Shown: positions 57,255 to 64,000 of the stretch, piece after piece
Position numbering within the stretch: position 1 is the first letter of the stretch
How the letters are laid out: every line of letters starts with the position of its first letter
Virus record (IMG/VR): IMGVR_UViG_3300045988_164340
Location: 128,001 to 192,000 of that record
Length of the DNA stretch: 64,000 bases
Reading direction: 5' to 3' (one strand)
From: a virus
Program-made: the position numbers and the translations under genes
Notes under the pieces: model-generated
The model's input: the letters and a program-made list of their open reading frames with translations, nothing else
Told to the model about the DNA's origin: nothing
The model's database searches: none

Positions 57255-58313
57255 ATGAAACCAAAGAATAAAATAAGTGAATTTAGGCCAGATTTAAAAG
57301 AATGGTTTGTAAATTAGAACGATTATTATGAATGTGGTATAGCAACCACTAAAAAGGTAAAATTAAAATGTCCTGATTGTGGATATGAATTTGAAGAAAA
57401 GGTTTCCAATTTTACTAAAAGAGTAAAACTTTGTCCAAAATGCAATCTTGATGGTATTTCTCGCCCCAATAAATTTTTAAGAGCTTTTTTAGAGGAAATT
57501 AAAGATTAGCTATTACAAAAAGATTTAGAATGGAATCCTTCATGGGGAGAGAAATATGTATGGGATGGTCATATAATCACGAAAGATAATATTGAAGTTG
57601 TTATAGAAATGCAAGGTGAATAGCATTATCATGAAACTAATTGGGGGAGACATGATTATCAACTAAAGCGTGATTCTGATAAAAGAGAATTATGCAAAAA
57701 AGTAAATATTGAACAAATAGAAATAGATTGTAGTAATACGAAATATTCTTTTATGCAAAAACAAATTTTAAATAGTCGCTTATCAGAAATTTTAGATTTA
57801 ACTAAAATTAATTGGGAAAGTGTATTTATTAATTCTTCTAAAAATTATATAAAAATAGTCGCAGATTATTATAATGATGGTAAAACATCTGGAGAAATTG
57901 GTCAAATTTTAGACATGGATAGGCATACAATTCAAAAAATGTTAATTGATGCTAAAGAAATCGGATGGATTGATTATGAGCCAATTCCTGCTACTGAATT
58001 ATCCAAGAAGGATACTAAGATAATAGATGTTTTAACGGGAGAATCTATAGTTATTCATCGGGTAATAGAAGCTTGTAAATGGTTTAAAGAGAAATATGGA
58101 ATTCCTGTTGATAGACATACAATAAAAGATTATATTCGTGGAGAGCGTATTATTTATTATGGTGGTAAACATACAGAATCTTTAAAGCGGAAATTATATA
58201 AAGACCGTTTCAAATTTGAGTATATAGAAAAAGACAAACAAGTGATAAAGCAAACGATTGATAACTTCCAAATTAATTGTTTGCAGACGTTGGAAGGGTT
58301 TACAAATAATTAA
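57255..58313 (+). CDS. free-standing homing-endonuclease-like protein (zinc ribbon + E..QH nuclease motif + HTH), three TAG
   Basis: 1059 nt in frame; CPDCG...CPKC; VVIEMQGE(TAG)HY; C-terminal GEIGQILDMDRHTIQKML. Confidence 0.5.
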
Positions 58314-58319
58314 CAAACA

Positions 58320-58356
58320 CCGAGAGAGAGATGTAATGTCTTTCTCTCGGTTTTCT
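58320..58356 (+). terminator. intrinsic terminator
   Basis: CCGAGAGA/TCTCTCGG stem then TTTTCT. Confidence 0.65.
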
Positions 58357-58375
58357 AAAAATTTTTATTAAATAC

Positions 58376-58404
58376 TTGACAATTTTCTTTTTGTGCTGTA
58401 TTTT
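58376..58404 (+). promoter_or_regulatory. sigmaA-type promoter of an AT-rich island
   Basis: TTGACA, 17 nt, TATTTT. Confidence 0.5.
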
Positions 58405-58429
58405 AAAAAGTAAAGAAAGGAGAAAAATT

Positions 58430-58837
58430 GTGAGTGTTTGTGAAGTATTTTGTTATATAAAATGTGAGTTGAAATATTTTGCAGAATTAGGTGGCGATGT
58501 TTTACAAGTAGCTGGTTTAATCGCATTTGTTATTAAACCAATTTGTATTCTTATAAATAATAAATTTGTAAAATTAAATTTTTCCATGGTAGAGCTATCT
58601 GATTCAAACAGGATTGTTGTTCATTTACAGAATTGGGGCAATGAAAATATTTGTTTTAAAAAGATTGATTGGATACAATTGTATTTTTGTGATACAGATA
58701 TTAATTGGCCATTAAAAAATAATAAAATTAGATTAATAGACAATACTTTTCTTGGAGCGGGGAAAGATTTTTATTGCCCACTTATAAAATGGTATAAAGA
58801 CAAACAAGGCGATTTTTGTAATTTTAGGATAAAATAA
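58430..58837 (+). CDS. moron-like membrane protein
   Basis: GTG start after AAAGGAG; TM VLQVAGLIAFVIKPICILI; no TAG. Confidence 0.5.
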   Translation: MSVCEVFCYIKCELKYFAELGGDVLQVAGLIAFVIKPICILINNKFVKLNFSMVELSDSNRIVVHLQNWGNENICFKKIDWIQLYFCDTDINWPLKNNKIRLIDNTFLGAGKDFYCPLIKWYKDKQGDFCNFRIK

Positions 58838-58866
58838 AAGTTAAATATAAAATTGGTTTCATAACA

Positions 58867-59106
58867 ATGCAAAAAACTTTAAAAACAGGAAGTTTGTATT
58901 CTGTTCCTTCTTTAAAACAGGAAGAAATTACCAATGGTATTTTTAAACTGTTGGATTTTGATGGTAAAAATCCTAATAAAGATAAAATTGAAATCAAGGG
59001 GCAGAAGAATAAAATTAAAGAATCAAAGATTACAAAGAAGATTAAAAAAGAATTGTATTATTTTGGGAAGTATTTAGTTAAAAAATATTCTCCTTATATC
59101 AAATAA
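58867..59106 (+). CDS. moron-like Lys-rich protein
   Basis: 79-aa ORF, no TAG. Confidence 0.45.
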   Translation: MQKTLKTGSLYSVPSLKQEEITNGIFKLLDFDGKNPNKDKIEIKGQKNKIKESKITKKIKKELYYFGKYLVKKYSPYIK

Positions 59107-59352
59107 AAACAATTTTTTATTATTACAATTTAATAAAAAAACAAAAAGAGCTGTATTTATGAAATCTACCTTTTTAATTTTAGATTTTATAAATATGCTC
59201 TTTTTATGTTATGTAAAATTTAATATAAAATCTAATAAATTTTAATATAATACAAAAAAGTATAAATCAAACTCATTTATTAATTTAGATGAGTTTTTAA
59301 TTTATCCGTGTTGTACAGACGGATAAATATAAATATTAGAAAGGAGATTAAA

Positions 59353-60066
59353 ATGGCTAATATTAGTAAAATTAAATTACCTGATGTAACCACTCCTTAT
59401 CAATTAGTAGATAGCACAGCTTTACATAGTAGTGATATAGATACTACAGTAACAAGCACTTCTACTGAAAAGGTTGGTTCTGCAAGCGCGGTAAAACAAG
59501 CTTATGATAAGGGTGTAGATGCTTATAATCATGCTAACTCTCTTTTTGAATAGCTTGGTAGTTTCCTTACTTTTAAAGGAACAAAAACAACTGATGCTGA
59601 AATTAAGGCTTTAACTTCCGCAAGGGTTGGAGATGTATGGCTTGAAACCACTGGGCATTCAGAATGGATTTGTATTAAAGACATTAATGGAACTGCTAGT
59701 GCAAGCTCTTGGGAGAAATTGGGCATTGAGATTAGCGCAGCAAGTATCACTCATACTCATAATGTGACAAGTACTACTGGCACCGTAAGTAAAGTTAAGA
59801 CTAATGGTTCTGTAACTGCTGGGACGGCTCCTTCTTTTAAACGAGGAGTAGATAGTTTTAGTGCAAACACTCCAACTATTGTTAGTGTTACGCAAGCAAA
59901 TGGAAATGTAACTATTTCTGTAACAGATGGAACGGCTGCATCTTTTACACAAGGCACGGATACTTTTACTGCTGGTACAACCCCAAGCAATGTTACACTT
60001 CCCACTTTTGATGATGTAACTGTTGTAACAAGTGTAACAGAGGCTACAAGCAGACCTAACGGTTAA
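59353..60066 (+). CDS. tail-fibre-like protein, one TAG (59551)
   Basis: MANISKIKLPD...; GDVWLETTGHSEWICIKD; joins ORFs 59308.. and 59719.. in frame. Confidence 0.6.
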
Positions 60067-60084
60067 GAGAAAGGAGGGAAATAA

Positions 60085-60492
60085 ATGGCAAGTTTTGATT
60101 TTAAAAAGATAACTTTGCCCAATGGCGATGTTGGTACGGTAACAGATATTGCAGCACAAAACGCCGCTGCGGAAGCTGCTGATTTAGCTAACTCTGCAAA
60201 GACAAGTGCTGACTCAGCCAATCAAGCCGCCTCTAGTGCTTAGAGCAGAGCGGACAGTGCGTATAATTTAGCAAATGGTAAGACAACAAATAATATTTCA
60301 ATGAATGGCAGCTCTAATAATAATCCCACTTTTTATGCCCCCACTTCTGCGGGAACGGATGGCTATTTTCTAAAAAGCAATGGTGCTGGAGCTCCAACAT
60401 GGACGGCAATGAGTAGTGGTCCAGACATTGTAGTTAGTAGCTCCCAGCCAACTGGTTAGAAGAGTGGAGATTTTTGGTATCAAATAGTTTGA
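60085..60492 (+). CDS. tail-fibre-like protein, two TAG (60241, 60457)
   Basis: MASFDFKKITLPNGDVGTVTD...; ends QPTG(TAG)KSGDFWYQIV. Confidence 0.55.
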
Positions 60493-60600
60493 TACAAATT
60501 AAAAAGACATTACTATAATTAAATGTAATTCTACTTTCGTTTATTATGGGCGTTTACACGAAATTATATTTATTTATAGAGAAAGGAGTGACAGCTTTTA

Positions 60601-60885
60601 ATGATAGTTAGGAAAGAAAAAGTAGTCTTTACCGCTGGTGGTGAACGTGAATTTCATGTTCCTGCTTCAGTTAGCATGGTTAAACTTGAGGTTAAGTCTG
60701 GAAGTGTGAAAGTTGAAGGGCGATTAACGAAAGAGAGTGACTATGTTTAGATTTCAGGTGTTAAAGCCGATTTAACTAAGTCAGCGGTCGCTCCCTAGGG
60801 AATTACTTCTTTCGAAGTTGCACGGTATTATCAAATACGTTTATCTTATAGCGGTACTGACCCAGTAATTAGCGTAATGTTATAA
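60601..60885 (+). CDS. hypothetical 94-aa protein, two TAG
   Basis: MIVRKEKVVFTAGGEREFHVPASV... Confidence 0.45.
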
Positions 60886-60899
60886 GGGAGGGCTGAATT

Positions 60900-61487
60900 A
60901 TGGCAAATGAAGCTATCTCTAATATTGCTTTACTGTATAGTATGGCAGCGCTATCTGGTGAAGGTGGGTCAGGCGGTGGAAGTGGTGGAACTGTATCCGT
61001 AAAGGTTCATGCTACATATACTATAGAATCCACAGAGGAAGCGCGAGTAGAAAACGTAGGCACAGAAAAAGATGTACAACTTGATTTTTATATTCCTAGG
61101 GGATTAGATGGAAAATCCTCTTAGTGGTACATTTCTGATGGCAAACCTCGGTCTGCCGTTGAAGGAAGTACAGACGGAGATTTAATTTTATATACTACAG
61201 GAGACGTTTATAAAGTAATAAATGGAGTTCCTGTAGACCAGCATCTTAGTTTAAATGTAGGACAAAGTGATGGCCCATACACTTATGCTGTAAAAGCTGG
61301 GTTTAAAGGTAGTGAAGAAAAATTCCAAGAGCTCTGGTTAGCATCGTTAAACAGTGGATATACCAACTCCATACTGGACGGTGGCGTAAGCGATTTCTCT
61401 GAATTTAATGTTCAGAATGATGGCGGTGAAGGAGACAGCAAGACTTATCATCTCAGAGTAGACGGAATAAACGAATTGGACGATTGA
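60900..61487 (+). CDS. fibre-like protein with Gly-rich linker, one TAG (61122)
   Basis: GEGGSGGGSGG; GDLILYTTGDVYKVINGV. Confidence 0.55.
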
Positions 61488-61930
61488 TAAGTGACTGTGT
61501 AATTGTTCTATGAAGGCATGAGGTACAGATAAGTACAGTTTTGAAGTCTGAGAACAATAAGCACGAATCTTTCGACGAACAAGTATTTATGTATTGAGTA
61601 AGAATAGTCGGACATTTTTAACAATTGTTAAGAATTAAAAACGTGATTTTATTTGGTTGTAAACCACAAGATATAGGGGTGTTAATTTTACAACAACACT
61701 ATATATGGTAGTCATTGTGTCCGACAATTTCTTGCTCAAAAATATTTGTATTATTATTTATAAACCTATGAATATAATAGGTTTGTTTGTGTATTTTTAT
61801 ACACGCAAAGCCCATTACACAGGGGCTTTAATATTAATGGGAGACCTCCAATTATGCAAAAAATCTTGCAGAAATAGGGCATGATTGGGGGTAAATAGAT
61901 GCGTTTTCGTTGCAGGAAAACGCCGAAATT
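61488..61930 (+). ncRNA. structured non-coding region in the fibre cluster
   Basis: long-range helix 61595-61614 with 61718-61738 enclosing hairpins 61618-61631 and 61656-61694; further hairpins at about 61502-61558, 61761-61783, 61808-61829 and 61901-61923. Confidence 0.45.
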
Positions 61931-62530
61931 TTGAGTGTCTCTGTATTAAATTCAGGAGGAAGTGCTAATTTACAAACCAAATCCGTTTCCTTAACTTCCA
62001 CCTCTGCTTAGACTTTTTCAAAAGATAGCGCTTACGATGGTATGAGTTCTATTACTGTTACTCCTAATTTGCAAAACAAAAGTGTATCTCCTACAACTTC
62101 TACTCAATATATATATCCATCTTCGGGATATTGTGGCATATATCAAGTTGTTGTATCAGCAATACAATCACAAAGCAATTTGTTGTGTTTAACAGGATAG
62201 CCTTATAGCAATGATGGAATAACATTTAATTTTGATAAAAATTACTCTGATTGGAAACTTTATGTGTTATTTGGACCAAACACTACCAATTTCAACGGAT
62301 GTTTAATGTTTTTTGCTGCTAAAAATATCAACAATAAATACGACCAATGCTCAGTAACTACTAATGGAGAAGGTTTTAACGGTAGTGGTAGCTACTATGC
62401 CACCTCAAATACAGATGGTACTCTTGGTCAATTTTCTTTTAATGGTAGTAACGCAACTTTTTCTTATATGGCTGGTAGTTATGGCTTATATACAGGTTAT
62501 AATTATTATCTTTATATTGTCGTAAATTAA
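61931..62530 (+). CDS. fibre/receptor-binding-like paralog P1, two TAG
   Basis: TTG start; MSVSVLNSGGSANLQTKSV...YDGMSSITVTP; joins ORF 62264.. in frame. Confidence 0.55.
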
Positions 62531-62554
62531 GTTGCCTTAAAATGCCAAATCTAA

Positions 62555-63040
62555 ATGAGTGTTTAGGTTGTTAATTCTGGAGGTTCTGACCCAAAATTGG
62601 GCGCGTTCAGTGTAAAATCAACGAAAACAATAGCAACATAGTTCGCTTCTTCATATAATCTTGATGGTTTTAGTCAAGTAACGGTGAATCCAGTACAAAT
62701 TTATAATGTAATTAACACCGCAACTTATAGCACAGATGCGTGGAATTCTTATAAAGCAACATGCACTCTTCCATCTTAGGTAACTAGAAACTCGATTTGG
62801 CGGATTTTTTGGAGCTTTTTTGGAGCGGTATCTGTTTCTTCCTATTCAACAAACGAAGTTTGTGGTATTTTCATTCCTGATTCAAACATTAATATGTCTG
62901 TTGCGAGTTGGGGAATTATGGGATTTAATTCCATTTATATGGTTAATGGATATACCAATACTTTTACTATAACTGTAGTTAACAATGGTACAATGCAGGT
63001 GGAAAGTGGTAATGGTACCTTTGTTTATGTAATATATTAA
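62555..63040 (+). CDS. fibre/receptor-binding-like paralog P2, three TAG
   Basis: MSV(TAG)VVNSGGSDPK...LDGFSQVTVNP. Confidence 0.55.
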
Positions 63041-63066
63041 CGTTGCGCCCAATTGCCTAAATATGT

Positions 63067-63531
63067 ATGTCTTGCATAGTACATAATTCTTTTACAGGAG
63101 AAACATTAACAACTCCCACATATACTGGCAAATGGAGTTCTTATGATTGGACTTTTGTTTTAGATGATTCACAATTAAACGATTTTATTAATTGTAAAAG
63201 ATTTTTTATGAGATATATATGGTGGAAATCGACTCGGTATCGGGGTGGAATGTATTTGATAATTAATTTTGCCTCATGCACGGGACTATATTATGATTCG
63301 ACTTTTAAAATTTATATGTTTCAAGACGCATCTAGCTATTATCAACATAGCTATCAAGAAAAAAGTGGAAATACAGAATATTATTATGTTGGAACAAACA
63401 ATATAGTTGGAATAAAAGAAAATGTAATTTCTTTTTATCCTTTTTATACTAATGACGCAAAAGCCTTGAAAACGACAACTTTTTTGGGAGAACAGCCTAA
63501 TTAGAGAACGACTTTAGAATTATGGGTTTAA
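63067..63531 (+). CDS. hypothetical protein P3, one TAG near the end
   Basis: 145-aa ORF extended 9 codons through TAG 63502 to TAA 63529. Confidence 0.5.
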
Positions 63532-63554
63532 GTTGTACTTAATTGCCAGTATGA

Positions 63555-64000
63555 TTGTCTATTGAAGTAAAAGGGGCAGGGGGTTCAGCAAATCTTACTG
63601 CTAAAACAATTTCTCCTTCCACCACTTCTCAAACAGTTTATGCGTCAAGTAGTGGCTATGATGGATTTTCTTCTGTAACAGTGAATGCTATTTCTCCTAC
63701 TAAATCTGCTCAAACTTATACTCCAACTACTTATAATCAAACTATATCTTCTGGACAATGGTTATCAGGTACTTAGACCATTAAGGGAGATAGTAATTTA
63801 ATTGCAAGCAACATTAAAAATGGAATAAGCATCTTTGGTGTGTCTGGTAGTTTAGCTGGATACAAACAGTTTCAATTTACAAATGTTACAGCTACTTCCT
63901 CTGGATTAACTATATCTGTAGGAGAAACATTAACCCTTTCTTCTATAGTAGGAATAATGCTTTCTTCAGAGGAATTTGTAAATGCATGGGATACTAATCG
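63555..64000 (+). CDS. fibre/receptor-binding-like paralog P4 (partial, runs off window)
   Basis: TTG start; SIEVKGAGGSANLTAKTIS...YDGFSSVTVNA; TAG at 63774 read through. Confidence 0.55.

Noticed and set aside
53236-60159. Long - strand ORFs inside the fibre genes (53236..53796, 55548..56072, 56093..56335, 59659..60159, 59757..60005)
   Set aside because: They are antisense shadows of codon-biased, stop-poor fibre genes. They have no SD and implausible Ser/Cys/Ile-rich sequences.
1-64000. Suppressor tRNA or any tRNA gene
   Set aside because: I looked for GTTCGAATC/GTTCAAATC-type T-loops with a cloverleaf context. The only similar words fall inside CDS or in the intron core (GGTTCAACGAC at about 50449). 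No tRNA can be supported in this window, so the decoder of TAG must lie elsewhere.
1-64000. TGA or general TAA recoding
   Set aside because: TGA and TAA both sit at sensible gene ends followed by an SD-led next gene. The only anomaly is the single in-frame TAA at 14700, which I report separately.

Overview
AT-rich dsDNA phage segment with Firmicutes-style signals: strong AGGAGG-type Shine-Dalgarno (SD) sites and TTGACA-17-TATAAT promoters with a TG extension. All analysis is by eye, so hairpin and boundary coordinates may be off by 1-3 nt. There are three transcription blocks. (i) 1-5.8 kb, + strand: small accessory genes (SleB-like hydrolase, AT-hook protein), flanked by two C-depleted non-coding tracts. 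(ii) 6.4-38.3 kb, - strand: about 60 tightly packed early/middle genes readable in the standard code (GP88-like, SAM methyltransferase, SprT-like, two PcfJ-like, DUF932, ParB-fold, dNMP-kinase-like, Ntn hydrolase). (iii) 38.7-64 kb, + strand: late genes (RdRP/YonO-like single-subunit RNA polymerase, HU, CHAP endolysin, terminase, many fibre-like proteins). Most of these form full-length ORFs only if TAG is a sense codon, and no gene I call ends in TAG. TerL carries both a LAGLIDADG intein and a group I intron with a GIY-YIG gene. Two further free-standing homing-endonuclease-like genes are also TAG-recoded. The most unusual signal is a cassette present in eight spacers of the - strand block. 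Each cassette has a near-consensus sigmaA-type promoter pointing against the gene flow. It also has an SD-driven micro-ORF on the gene strand; there are ten micro-ORFs in all, and eight begin ATG-TAG. Two hairpins flank each of nine micro-ORFs (G2 has none), and their 6-7 nt loops are complementary and covary from cassette to cassette. I read this as an undescribed antisense/micropeptide regulatory system, possibly coupled to the phage TAG-decoding state. No tRNA, rRNA or CRISPR array was found in this window.
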